Positions 51,431 to 64,000 of a stretch of 64,000 bases of DNA are shown piece after piece. The first letter of the stretch is position 1. The number at the start of each line of letters is the position of its first letter. Source of the DNA: Vicugna vicugna (lineage: Eukaryota); the NCBI GenBank assembly GCA_013265495.1, contig MU058065.1, positions 6,448,302 to 6,512,301 on the forward strand. The letters are read 5' to 3'. The notes under the pieces are model-generated. The model made no database searches. It was not told the origin of the DNA and worked only from the letters and a program-made list of their open reading frames with translations. The position numbers and the translations under genes were made by a program.

Positions 51431-52224
51431 AGGAGGACTGGGATCTTATGACTCTCTCCTCCCTTTGCCTTGGCCCTTAGAAGCCATACTCCTTACTCTT
51501 CCTGTGTAGTGCATGCAGGAGTGCCCCTGGAAACCCTGTCTTTCCACCTTTTCCCTACCCCACCTATCTACCCAAATGTCCCCCAACCCTCCTACCTCCC
51601 CTTCTTGCCCAACAATGAGAGACCATACTCAAGCCAAATTGGGAGAGAAGCTCTATTTATACCAGTGGGGCTAAGGAGAAGCAGTCCAGTGGGGACTCTG
51701 AGGGGTCTGCAGTGTTCTCTTGAGTCACAGTATAGTCCTGCATTCAGGTCTCCTTCCCCAGCCTTTGCTTGGGGAGACTTGAGGCTTGATCTGTCCTTCC
51801 CTTGGCTCTGGACTTTGAGGAAGTTAGGGGTGGAGGAGATAGTGCCTCTTTGGGTTTCTCTGCCCCAAGCCCCTCTCTGGGTTTCTAGTTGCAATCTGCC
51901 TTTGAGCCAGAGTTGGTGGGAATGAGTAGTCCTAGATCTGGGTATGATACTGAGCCTACAGCAAGAGGAAGGAAGGAACTCCAGTATAGGGTATGTAGAG
52001 GGAAAGACAGTAATGATACCAAAGGCTTGTGAAAACGAAGAAAGGGAAGAGAAAAAGGGTGAAAAATCAGGTCCTAGATTTGCATAGCGGGGAAGATGTA
52101 GTTTTGTGCCTAGGAATGCCCAAAGCTTGGTTTTCATCACTTCTGTTTGCTTTCTGGAGCATCCTTCCAGGTTTTTCTTACCATCTAAAGCCAACGCACC
52201 CATCCATCCTATGAAGGGCCCTCC

Positions 52225-55200
52225 TTAAGAGTCAGCCCCCTCTAGCTCTTCCTGGGTGCAGATGTGCACGAAGATGGAGGCTGGGTGGAGGCTGATGCCA
52301 TCCTTGGAGAGCAGGTGTATGTGGCGGTAACCTGGAAGGAGGGGGGAGGAAGGAGGCAGCATTAGAGAGGCAGCCAGAGCTGGGGTGTGGGCCAGGGGTG
52401 GAGGAACGGGCTCACCTTGTTGCATGCAGTTCCAGGGCAGGGTGTACTGACCAATGAAGTCATTTCGGGACTTCCAGTCATAGTCTTTTACCACAAAACG
52501 CAGCAGGGCCAGTTCAGGTACCAGGATCCGGAAGCATAGGGTCTGCCCCCAGTATGGATTAAAACCTGAGCGGAGGAGGGGGAATGAGGGAGGGAATGAA
52601 GGAGCAGACATTGTTGGCTATTATCTTTAGGCCCATGCCCAGTTGCGTTCCTTGTGTTCTCTCACTTAATTTTCATAGCATTTTACAGGTGAGGAAATTG
52701 AGACTCCGAGTGGGTAAGTAATTTGCCTAAGTCACTGGAGCTTGTAAGTGAGGGGCCAGGATTCAGACCCGAGATGTCCAAGTCCTTGTTCTTTCTGCTG
52801 TTTCACACTGCGTCCCATGGAGGTGGCAGGAGGTTGTGATGGACTGTACTTAATGGGGGGCTGGATGGTAGGAAAACAAGTTGTGCTTCTCCCTCCCCCC
52901 AGCACTGCCCAGTCTCACCATTGTTCTCCACGTAGCTGGTCTCTTGCCGGGCTGTGTCTGGGCGAACGCCAAAGATCTCCACTCTCACCAGTGGATCCAC
53001 AATGGACCCCTCTTTGTTCTTGTCCACTTTGGGGAGTTGCTGACCACTGATAACCTGCAACCAGGGCTCTGGAACCTCACTAGTTTCTGCTCAGCCCAGC
53101 CCCCCTCCAGCTCTCACACCCTGAGGGGGAGGAGGAAGGCTGAGGGGAGAGGGAGACACAGGACCTTGCACTATAGCTTTTGGGTTTGCAAAGCTAATTA
53201 TCCATGAATAATTTATTTTCTTTGAGTACCTTATCTGCAATTTAAAATGCATCCAAGTAGGAATTTAACAAGGTTTGAAAGTAGGTGTGTTAATGACAGC
53301 AACCCTTCCATAGTACTTGCACTGTTGTAAGCACTTTGTGTTAACGAATCACAACAGCCCTGTGAGGTAGGCAGTATTATTACCCGAGTCTTGCAGGTGA
53401 GGAGACTAAGGTTAAGGAGTTTGCCCAACTTTACACAACTAGTAAATGGGGTTAAACCCAGGCAACAGGGTCCAGAGTCCATGCTGCCTCTCCCGAGAAA
53501 GTTTTCACCTACTACACTCCTGTCAGGCATAGCCACCACCTCTCCCTCTCCCCTCACCCTCCCCAGCTCCTATCCATTATCTCGGTTTCTTCCCAACAGT
53601 TTCATTTCCATTATACCTTGATTAGGAGGACCTGGGCTTTGAAAGGGCTGATGGGCCTCTCAGGGTGGAAGGAGCTCTGGGCATCACGCAGGAAGTCTGG
53701 CTTCAGCACATAGCCACAGCCCGCATTCTGGCGGAAGAGCCCATCACAAAGGTCCATCTCAAGCCCCGCAGTCTGCATATTCATAGCCACTGAAGGCCCC
53801 AAGAGAAAAGGGAAAAGATTCACCTTGGGGCTATCCAGCCCTTCTTTCAGGCAGTGAGACAGACATATTGGGTATAAAAGGGCTGCTGGGAACACCATAA
53901 AGAGCATCTTTGTCAGCCTAGCAGTCTTGGAGCACTCACTGGCCCTACTGCCGCTCAGGGTCTTACTTCCCACCCGTTGTTCTTCCACTCCCTCTTCCCT
54001 GTTCCTACTGCCCTCTCACCCATCTGGCAGCCTGCATTCCAGAATTCCTGGGGGTTATAGTTGGATGAATCTGTTCTCAGGCCACTGGGATACACGCGGC
54101 TTAGCTGCCAGGTGTTGTGCTGCACAAACTCATTGCCTGTAAAGAGGATGTGGGTAGGGAGATGGAAGTGGTGGAATAGATCCTCCCATTTCCCTGGTCC
54201 CAAGGACCCTTCCCACCCACTTCACTCTCTCTAGCATCTCCTAAGGCTGGCTGTAAGAAGCTTTGCTATGCTTCCCTCTCTGTTCTAGCCAGATCATCTC
54301 CCCCAGCTTTCTTTCCTCTAGAGCCTTGAGCCCACTATTTATACTCCTGTCTCCATGTCTGCTCTGAGGAGTTTCTTGGCTCCCCAATCTCTCCATAGCT
54401 CCCTCGTTCTCTGTCTTGAGACTCATCTGCCTGCCCATCAGACCTGACCCTACCCATCCCATTTCCTTCCCTATCCCTCCCTTTTGGTCCTGACCAGCCT
54501 CCTTGATGAGGCTCTTGGCCTTGGCTTCAGAGAAAGATGACATTTCATAGAAGCGGTAGTGCTCCCTTGAATGAGCAAAGCTGTAGAATGAGACAGCCTT
54601 CAAGTAGACAACCAGGGCAGAGAGGGATGGACACAAGATGGGCTTGGATTTCTGGAAAAGGAGAAAGTAGAGAGGAGAATGGAATCTGAGAGGGAAGAAG
54701 CCAATGGCCAAGACCTGAACTTCCCCACCCAACTTAAGCCTCTGCCCGCTGCCTCCCCACTGTAATTTCCCTCCTGCCTCACCTGCTTGGGAGAGAGAAG
54801 GAACCCAGGCTTGGAAATAGGAGCCTGAGCCACAATCTGACAACACATAGGCGAACACAACAGCGGGCACATCACAACCTGAGGATGGGAATGGGAGTAA
54901 AGGCAGTCTGCATATAACGATGGGATCGATTTCAGCCTCTGGGCTTGAAGGGTCTGCTCTATGTTACTTTCTTGGAAGCAGGTTTTTAATTATTATTGTT
55001 GTTGTTGTTGTTGTTGTTATTAAACAGAGATGTCATCCTCCCTAACTCTCATCTTTTAAAACAAATTAACAATACTTTTTTGTCAAAATGAACATGAGCC
55101 CAGACAGATATGTCAAGGTGTGCCAATGGCCATGGAAGTCACACCTAGAAGGATGTGAGAGTCCCAGAGTAATATCTTTAGATTTTTCTCCTGAATTCCC

Positions 55201-55768
55201 ATTTCCATCCCTGGGCATGGCAGCAGGTTAGGCAACACAGCTCCAGAAAGAACAGGATAAGCTAGGAGTCAGTCAGCTGAGCCAAGCAAGTGCACAAGAG
55301 AGAGAAATGCAGACTTCAAAGCAGGATCTTGGTGGTCCCACCAATGGCACCCCTGGCTCAACTCTTCCTGCTACTCCTCTTTGGCTGTTTCTGGCTCCTC
55401 CTCAGACTCACCTTTTCCAAGAAGCTTTCTCTGTCTAACTAAGCCCACTTTAGTTGAAGTCACAGCAGTCACTCTACTAAGCCCTACTTACCCAGTATAA
55501 TAATGCCTTATAATAATAAGTGCACATACGCACACACATACACATCAGTGGTTTTCAAATTGGCCTTTAAGGAGACTGGGAAGTAGTACAAAGAAACCTC
55601 AGAAGTCACCTGGGGGATCCAGGAGAGAGCCAGATAGGTGCTTCAACTAGGATGGCTCTGCATTTATCAATTTTGTACACTGATCTTCCACAGAAGATTT
55701 CATTAAGGAAAGATTTCACAGCCCACAGAAGTTGGAAAGCCACTGCAATATATCTAAATATGACTGTG

Positions 55769-55834
<66 letters not shown>

Positions 55835-58800
55835 TGCTATGTTATATATTTTTAAATGCCTCTTTCACTGGAGGCAAGGAGCATTTTGCTCCTTGGCCCT
55901 TCACCCTGCATGACTCTAGTCTCTTCACACATGAGCTCTCAGCTTGTGGTGCAGACTATTCAAATGCCAGAGCAGAAAGACCACTCTCCTGGCTTACCTT
56001 GTCATTTTTGTCCTTACTGCGAGGGCTCAACTCCTGGGGCTCAGACTCAAACTGGGCCTCCAGCTCCAGCTCAGCCTCCTGCTCCCCTTCCAGTTCAGAT
56101 TCTGGCTCTTCTTCTTCCTCAAAGTCCTCCTCAAGTGTTTTTAACTTCTTCCCCTTTACCAGAATCTTCCCCCGAAGCTCCTAGGGGACAAAAACAAGGG
56201 ACCTGTCTACCTGTTTGCTCCAGAACCCACCTGGGGATCAGGCAGTTCCCACTGCTCTCACAGGGCCACCTCAAAGGCAAAGGAAATGAGTGAGTGGTCA
56301 GAAATTCCCACAGGAAAGCTGCTTGATACATACAACAGGGATTTCCTATTGTTAAGCAAACTTGCAACATCTCTAACCATAAAGAGAAAAATAAATTGGA
56401 ACCCCCTACACCTTACATTTGACAAAATTTAATACATTTAATAAAGTTTTAATAAATATAATAAAATTTAATAGAATTTAATAAAAATCCTCATAGATTA
56501 AAGATTTACATGTAAATATAAAGAACATAAGAGTATTAGAAGAAAGTAGAGAATCCTTTTGAATAATCTTAAAGTGGGAAAACCTTTAAAATCATGAGAT
56601 GAAAACTTAAAAGACATAAAAATAGTTGGCAGATTTGACTACATAAAACTTAAAAACCTCTAAAAGGCAGAAGTTGCTATAAAGACGAAAGAAAAATAGA
56701 CAGCAAGAAATATTTCCCAAAGCATTAATATCTTTAACATAAAAAATTGTTACATATCAACAAAAATGATAAACCCTAATAAAATTGGGTAAATGATATC
56801 AATTCAAAAGAAGAAAACATAGACCTTTTTTTAAAAAAAAAAACTTGACTTTTTTTCATGTTTGCCATTGAATCATCTCACTACTAGAGTTATTTGTAGT
56901 CGCTCTCTTACTACTGTTGGTTGGAATGCAGTTTGGTATTTTTTCCAGAGGGCAACTTGACAATAACAGCCAAAAATATCAGTATGCAAACTTTTCAACC
57001 CAGCAATTTTGCTTCTAGGAATCCATTTGAAAGAAAGAGTACATGGGCAAAGCTGCATGTGTGAAAAATTATAAACAACCTAAATGGTTATCATTTACTC
57101 ATTTTTACCATCTATAGGTTGAATAAATTATGATCAATAAAAAAATGGAATACCATAGAGTTGCTAAAAAGGAAAAAATGATACTTGAAAAGACATTCAT
57201 GATATATATGTGAGATATAAAAGGGATATAAAGGATGATCCCATTCATGTTTTTTAAAATGTGAATATATATACACATACAAGTTTACATAAGCATTTAA
57301 AAAAATCTATTGGCAGCTGTTGTGGGAGAGGTTGAGATTATGGTGGGGACATATCCCTTTCTCTATATTGTTTGTATAGCCTACAACAATTATGAACTAT
57401 CAGGAAAATAATTAAGATTTTCCATTGAAAAAGAAATATAAAGTAAATAAATGATTTAAAATTTAGAGAAATATATAAAGAATTTTATGTTGAATTAGAT
57501 TTCTTAAATTAAAGTTGTCTCCAAGGATATTAAAGAGCAAGATGGTCCACCTGAGGGTGAGAAGAAGGGAACAAGATGGGCATGGAGGAAGGAGCCAAAG
57601 TGGGGCAACAGGGAAGCCATAGTGGAGCCTGGGCTGTGGGAGCAGGGTCCCTACCTCAGGGGAGGGCAGCTGAGTGGGAAGCTGCCCATCCAAGGTGGTG
57701 CTCAGCAGCTGCTCCCCCAGGATCTCGGTCAGATGGTGTGCTATGACCTCCTGCTGTTCCCAGCTGCAGTGGTTTTCCAGGGACAAGATGACTGGATAGT
57801 CTGATGTCTGATGGGGAGCAGAGGCATGCCAGGGTCAGAGTTCTGAAGACTGTAACCTTCCTTCTCCAGGCCCCTCAAATACTCACTCAACTGTGCCTGA
57901 TTGCCAAGGTCTTCCAACCCCATGTCATGCCTCATGGGGGTCTTCCTGGGTCTGGGGCCTACCCCACATCTAGAAGTCACTATTGGGCTCCCAAGTCTCA
58001 GATCTGCACCAGGTCTGGCCCAGGTCCTTCCAGGACCTTTTGAGTTTTCAGGCTCAGGATGGGAAAGTCAGGCTATTCCCCCAGTTACGTGTTCATGTTA
58101 CACCTTCAGGCTTTCATTTCCAGATTCCTATTGTCTCCCAGCTCTACCCACCACTTTGTCTGTTTCCTCATCCACCCTCTCCCAGATGGGTGATAAGAGT
58201 TGTTAGAAGTAAAAATTATTAATCTCTAGCAATTACCTCTATGACTAACAATTACTAGTAACACATCCAACGCTTATTCATAACAATCCCTTAATAATTT
58301 GCCTGATGCTTCAAGTTAAAATCTTTTACATAAATGCCTTTTCCCTAACCTTCCCTGCTTCCCTCCACCCACCTCAGACCGAGACCCTCTACCTTCACAT
58401 CCTCTTGCCTCACCAGTATTTCCATCCTGAGGCTCCTACCTGGAAGGCATACTGTGCTATAGCAGTCACAACATCTTTGAATGGGATGCGAGAGGTCAGG
58501 GTGTGTCCATGGTAAACAATAGGTTCCCCGCTAGGTCCATCCCATATATCCACCTCCACGCAGCGGCATCCCCGCTTCAGGGCCCTGCAAGAACCCCACC
58601 CCCCAGGGGTTAAGATCTGATCTTCCACCTAGGGAATCTCCCCCCACTTTGGAGAGAACAGTGCTCAGTGGCACTTACCCATTAAGATTCCTTCAAGCTA
58701 CAACTCCATGGACTCTTCTCTGTCTACTGGGACATTGCTACAGCTCACACTGATCTTGGCTCCACCCCACCCCACCCAACTCACAATCTTTCCTTAGCAA

Positions 58801-61800
58801 GCCGTCACTTACTGCCTTCTGGTGTTCTGGTTGTATGTCACTATACGACACATGAGTTACTCAAATTCTTGGTAAATTTACATTTTGTTTTCTGTACTAG
58901 ACTTCCTAGGGAAGAAACTACATGTTCCACTCATCTTTGTATCAGCCGCTGGCACTACACAGACACCTTGATCTAATCAATGATTAATCACAATAAAAGC
59001 AGATACCATTTATTTGCTATTGATACATGGATTATCTCATTTAATCCACACAATAACCTGGACAGAATAGGCATTATAAGCCTCCCTATTTCTCAGATGG
59101 GGAAACTGAGGCATATAGAGGGTAAATACTTAGGTCCAGAGTACAAAGTGAGGGAGCTAGTATTTGACCTCAAATAGTCTGACTCCAGAACCTATGTTTT
59201 TAACTCTTCTGCTATACTGCCTTCCATTTAACATTTAATTTATTTGTTTATTCAAAATAAATCTGTCAGGACCTCTTAGTTCCAAGAGAATTGCATTGCC
59301 TGTGAAAGAGAGAAGCTGCATTTAGCCACAGGGTTTCAATACCACTCTCCTACTAGTCTTCAATATCTCCTCCAAGTCTCTCAGGTATCCAGGGATCCTC
59401 AGCCCCAAATCGCCCCCAGCAACTTTTCAATCTCTGTTATCTACTGACAGCACCCCTCAACTTCCCACAGATGTGCCCTTCTCATGAGCTGGACCCCTTC
59501 ACCCCTCCTCGCCACTGCACCGTATGTATCCCTCCACGCTGCTCTGGCCACAAAACTGGTCTCCCACTAGGTAGGTATTGTGGGATGAGTTGATGTAGTA
59601 GTGGTTCAGGGGTTGAGTCATATCCTGGTAGATAGGGAGGCAGATCGGATTGAAGATGTCTCCATCCTTCGAACAGAGGTAGCTCAGGAAGCCATCCATG
59701 CTCAGCACATGCCGCAGTTTGCCTAGGGTGTGGAGAAGGGGAAGGTTAAAGTGAGAAACTCTCAGCAGAAGTATCCAGCACACCTACAGCCGGTTCTCCA
59801 CCCCAGCCTTCTCCAGGGTTTGGCCTTTCAGATGGTGTCCACTCCCAGCCTCCAGATCCCAAACTTGCCTCATCCAGTGTCTGTCATTTCCAGGGTCAAT
59901 CACCCCCACCCTGAGGGAATGTTGAAGCTACAAGGGGAATCATTAAGATCATCGTAGTCCAATACTGTCCAATAGAACTTTCTACAATGATGGAGATATT
60001 CTATTCTGCATTGTCCAATATGGTAGCCTCTAAGTACACAAAACTACCGAGGATTTGAAATATAGCTGTGTGACTGAGGAAGTAAACTTAAATTTTTGAT
60101 TTTAGTTACAGTCATCTCTCAGTATTCACAGAGAATTGGTTCCAAGACCTCTCCCTTCCCCACAGCAGATACCAAAATCTGCACACTCAAGTGCCTTGCA
60201 TAAGATGGCATGGTAGAGTTGGCCCTCTGTATCCACAAATGTGGAAACTGTGGATACAGAGGGATGATTGTAATTTAAATTTAAATAGTCATATGCAGCT
60301 CATGTTTACCATAATGGACAGAACAGTATTCAGTCCAAAGGGCTAATTTCATAGTTGGGGAAACTGAAGCTCAGAGAGGATCAAAGTCAAAGACTTGTCA
60401 GTGACAAGACCAAGGTACCTGTGTTTTATTCCCTGGACTGTGTAGCTGCTGTCAGCTATGGCCTGAAGGTTTCTTCCTATTGTCAATTCCCATATAGTGT
60501 TTTGAGGAGTGTTGTCCAACATTCCCTCGGACTACACTCTTCCTGAGGGCAGGGCCCTGTCACTCCTTCCACAGCCCTCGCCCACCTCAGCATGGGCTTC
60601 AAGTAATAACAACGGTGATGACTAACAGTTCTTGAGCACTTGCTCTGGGCCAAGGATGTTGCATGCAGCAGCTCTCTTAATGCCCTCACCAACATGACAG
60701 GAAGGTGTAATATAACCTGCCCTGAGAGGTTAGGTAACTTATCCCACGTCACGTAAATAATAAGCGAAGAAGCTGGGATTTGAACACAGGCAGCGAGGCA
60801 TCAGAGCCACGCCCTACACCGCTGGATTGTGCAATCTCACTGAGGGTAACATTGCTGCAGAGGAGGCAGAACCACTTGACACTCATGCCCAGTTTCCTTG
60901 TTCCGGGTTTGACAAGGCCTAAGGATGGGTGAGAACAGCAAGAAGTTGGGCACAAAGGGGTTTTCTTGACTGTAATCGCTAGGCTAAGTCCACAGTTGCT
61001 AGACCCATTTCATGTACATTATTTCTTTTGATCACCAATTTTTTTTTACAAATGAAAAAATTGAGTCTCTGATAGATTAAGCAACTTGCCCATGGTTACT
61101 CAGTACGAAGCAGAGTGGGGACTTGAGCACCTGTCTCCTGACTGATACCACACTCTGCAGCCAGAGTGCAGTATCCGATAGTCAAGTGCAAAGGGAAAGA
61201 ACATCACAGTGACTTGCTCTTCTATTTAGTTTTCTGAAATGCTTGCCCTACAGCCCCTTTCTTTTCTGTGCACTCACATGAATCTGGAATCAGTAACACT
61301 TTCTGTTTGACTCCATGACCTAAAGTTCCTTGAGGGCAGTGTCCTTGTCTGACCTACGGCTACATCTCTGGTGCCTGGCTTGAGTCCTGGCACACTACCC
61401 GTGCTCAGTGAGCATTAGCTGAAGTAGTGAGTGAATGAATGAATGAAACGGAGTGGGGGTCAAGACCTAGGCAAACTTGGTCACTTATCCAGCTCTGATT
61501 CATCTCCTCTCTAATCCTCATTCTCAAGAGAGGCACCTGGTAAGAGTCAGATGACCTGGGTTTGAAATCCAATTCCTCCTGTCATTATCTGGGGACTTGA
61601 AGCAAGTCATTTAATTTTTCTAAACATCAGTTTTTCTCTTTTGCACAACTGACTTAATAATAAAACCCACTTCAACTGATTGTTGGGATGATTAGAAGAC
61701 GAAAGTCATGTAGAGATATTAGCACATTATGGGATACTTAGCAAAGGCCAATAAAGGTTATTGCTTTTGATTGACAAGGCTATAGTGAGGACTAGATGAA

Positions 61801-63463
61801 GTAAGAGATGTGGAAATGCCTTGTGAGTCACTTCTTATTAATAATGTAAATTCCTCACATTCTGCAGGGAACTCAGGGGTGGGGGTGGGCAGAAAGGTAT
61901 CTACCAAAGGGGCAAGGAGAAAGGTTTGAGGGCAGAGGAGGCAGATTTTAGCTGTGATTGTTAAAAGCTAAGTGACTGGTCACCTCATCATCCCCCTTAG
62001 CCCAGGGCTAATTTCTTGGTTCAGGGGTTTAGGACTCAAGAACCACTTGCAGAATTTGGAGAAAGCCCAGGAAAGGGCAGAGAGCCAGCACTTAAAGAAA
62101 CAGTCAACAGAAACCATGAAGGAAACTAGAAGAAAAGGAATACATGCACTAGAGGAGAAAAGGCCAAAAGCAAGAGGACCAAGGATTTTCTGATTCCACT
62201 TAGGACAAAGGTTCGTATCAGGAAAGAGAAGGATGTGAAACATGAGCATGGTGGAGGAAAGGGGACTTATGGAATATTCTTCCTCCTGAGAGATCTAACA
62301 CTACAGAGGAGACTCATGTATTATGTGGGCAGGAAATGACTCTCTCCTTCCGAGGAGTGTTGAATAAGATGAAAATGATTGGGCAGGGGGCCAGAGTAGG
62401 GGTGGATTCAGCCTTCCCTTGGTCAGGCAGAAGGCTGCTTGTCTCTGGACCTTTCTAATCATTGTCCCGCCATCTAGCCCCCATGTCTAGTGCCTCTCCA
62501 CCCCAGTCCTCTTACCACTATCTGAAGGCTCATGGCGGTCGATAAGTTCCAGGGCAAGGTCAGAAGCATGTTCTCCTTCTTTCTGCCACTCTTGGAGGAA
62601 ATCCACAAATTCCAGCAGTGTCAGCTTCTGCCCATCAGATGAAAAGTTTTCAAACAGTTCCTGCACCTCAGCACGTTGAGTCAATGACTTATAGAAATTT
62701 ACAAATTCTTCTCCCTCCAGAGTTCCAGACTGGGATGCGTCTGCTGTCTGCAAGAGAAGGTTTAGAGGAACGTGGACAGACCCTTTAACAGCAAATTTTA
62801 GGGCTCTGACTTGCCCTCTCAGGGCAATACTATTGATAGATCCAAACACACTTCTACAAAACCCCTACAGAACTCCTGAGATTTAGTGTTCATAGAGGAA
62901 GCCACTTCAATAAGTAAAACACAAACAAAATTTTAGCCATACTATTTGCTACTAGAGAAAATTTTCAACTAGATAGAATTAAATGCCCCAACAGGTTGCT
63001 AAAAGATCAGAAGATCTCTCCTCCTATTTACTCACATGCCAGTTGGAGTTTTCCACCGCACCAGGCACTTAGGAAATTCTGACCAAGGACAGAGAGGTCC
63101 CTGAGCTCTGATGTAATAACATATTGTTATTTACCTTTCATAAGATTATGAGTCATCTTTCCAACAACACTGAAATGTAAGAATCATGTCCTACTCTTCC
63201 CATTGAGCCTGGCATAGTGCTAGGGCACATAGGAGAGATTGAACAAATGAGTGTTGATAGGGTCAGAGGACATCTGGCCAAGTAAGAATGCGGCCTTGGC
63301 TGGCTTCTGCTAATCCTTCTCCAGAAGACTCACCTGGAAAAGCTGGAAGGCATGTTCTTGGTCCATTTCCACATTCATCAGGTGCAGTAACCGCTGGACC
63401 TCTCTGAAACTCATGCGACCATCCTGGTTTTTGTCTCCACGCTGGAACCAATCACTCAGCCAT
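52225..63463 (-). CDS. PLCD4: Phospholipase C delta 4, 3' portion (EF hands, X, Y and C2 domains); PH-domain exons lie beyond the window
   Basis: Exons 63334-63463 (acceptor uncertain, alternatively 63469), 62516-62747, 59521-59722, 58440-58584, 57655-57807, 55998-56180, 54495-54651, 54020-54136, 53617-53789, 52919-53054, 52416-52565, 52225-52331. X-box motifs [28 protein letters not shown]-box [17 protein letters not shown]2 VISGQQLP...GYRHIHL. Confidence 0.96.
54783..54878 (-). CDS. PLCD4: 96-nt alternative (cassette) exon of PLCD4 in the X-Y linker
   Basis: Acceptor CCCATCCTCAG|, donor CAG|GTGAGG, phase 0-0, open frame encoding [32 protein letters not shown] (32 aa). Confidence 0.75.
54988..55021. 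repeat. (ATT)n(GTT)n microsatellite
   Basis: Read directly from the sequence. Confidence 0.85.
55769..55834. repeat. Compound (GATA)n(GACA)n microsatellite
   Basis: Read directly from the sequence; about 8 + 8 units. Confidence 0.92.
56370..57460 (+). mobile_element. Degraded L1M(E)-type fragment
   Basis: A-rich, with ACCCAGCAATTTTGCTTCTAGGAAT and AAACAACCTAAATG motifs. Confidence 0.6.
59000..59225 (-). mobile_element. MIR SINE
   Basis: CAGATGGGGAAACTGAGGCATATAGAGG...GTCTGACTCCAGA. Confidence 0.7.
59962..60327 (+). mobile_element. MER3-like hAT MITE containing a nested MER2/Tigger-like element (60109-60270)
   Basis: CTGTCCAATAG...TGGACAG termini. The inner element is flanked by TA...TA, with inverted ends CAGTCATCTCTC.GTAT / ATAC.GAGGGATGATTG. 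Confidence 0.7.
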
Positions 63464-63559
63464 CCAGGTCTGAGTCAAGGCAAAAACACTGTGTGTGTGT
63501 GTGCATATTCATCCAACAATATCTGCTCCCCTGTCTTTGCCACCAGTCTCTTCCCCATG

Positions 63560-64000
63560 CCAGTTCATTTTCCCCATTATTTTCCAGAATAATCTCCCCA
63601 GAGCACCAATCTATCTTGTCCCTGCATGGCTCAGGTGCTTGCAGGAACCTCCCTGTTTCCTACAGAAAGAAGACCAAATTCCTTGCCATAGATGTTAAGA
63701 TCTCCTTCATTTCCATGCTCTGGTCCCAACCCAGCCTTCTCAACACATTTCTGTCCTCTCTGTACCTCAGCCAGACTCAGCAGCTCCCTGCTTCCTGATG
63801 TTCCTCTCTCTGCTCTTCAGGTTCCTATCTCTGAGCTTTTACTCATTCTGTTCCCTCAGGCAGGAGTGCCTTTTCCTCCTCCTCTCTTCATGTTCAGGGG
63901 CTGTTCATTTTCAAGGCTCAGCTCAAATGCTACTTCCTCCCTGAAACTTTCTCAGAACCCTCCCAGCTAAAATTAAATATTTCTCCTTCTTTTGAACACC
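63560..64000 (+). mobile_element. L2 LINE fragment
   Basis: CT-rich, with the L2-like TCAGCTCAAATGCTACTTCCTCC motif. Confidence 0.55.

Noticed and set aside
51592..52203. 203-aa ORF downstream of the PLCD4 stop codon
   Set aside because: No recognisable homology or motifs; it lies in the probable 3' UTR and is likely a chance ORF.
54652..54685. Upstream alternative acceptor of the PLCD4 Y-domain exon
   Set aside because: It would add 34 nt and frameshift; no support from sequence alone.
63467..63469. AT-AC type acceptor (AC|) for the PLCD4 exon
   Set aside because: With the expected phase-2 intron it reads W-M-A-E-stop, out of frame with the EF-hand exon.

Overview
Mammalian genomic DNA, probably camelid, judging from two tRNA-derived SINEs and an L1 3' end that resemble camelid families (inference). 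It covers the conserved gene cluster STK36 (-, complete; 26 coding exons, 1315 aa), RNF25 (+, complete; 10 exons, 459 aa), BCS1L (-, complete; 7 coding exons, 419 aa), ZNF142 (+, complete; 8 coding exons, 1854 aa) and the 3' part of PLCD4 (-, 12 exons plus one cassette exon; its 5' end lies beyond base 64000). There are two head-to-head CpG-island promoters and two tail-to-tail gene pairs. I read the exon boundaries by hand, and each model sums to an intact reading frame. Introns contain MIR, L2, L1, hAT/Tigger fossils and microsatellites. I found no evidence of a wholly new multi-gene system. The points most worth a second look are fine-scale: a U12-type branch point in PLCD4 with a probable non-AG (GG) acceptor, a 96-nt Cys-rich PLCD4 X-Y linker exon, His at BCS1L residue 73, two uORFs just ahead of the BCS1L start, four tandem CCHC fingers and a 600-nt cassette exon in ZNF142, an RFX X-box at the STK36 promoter, and unusual 3'-end signals. 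Comparisons to human or rodent proteins are from memory and need checking.
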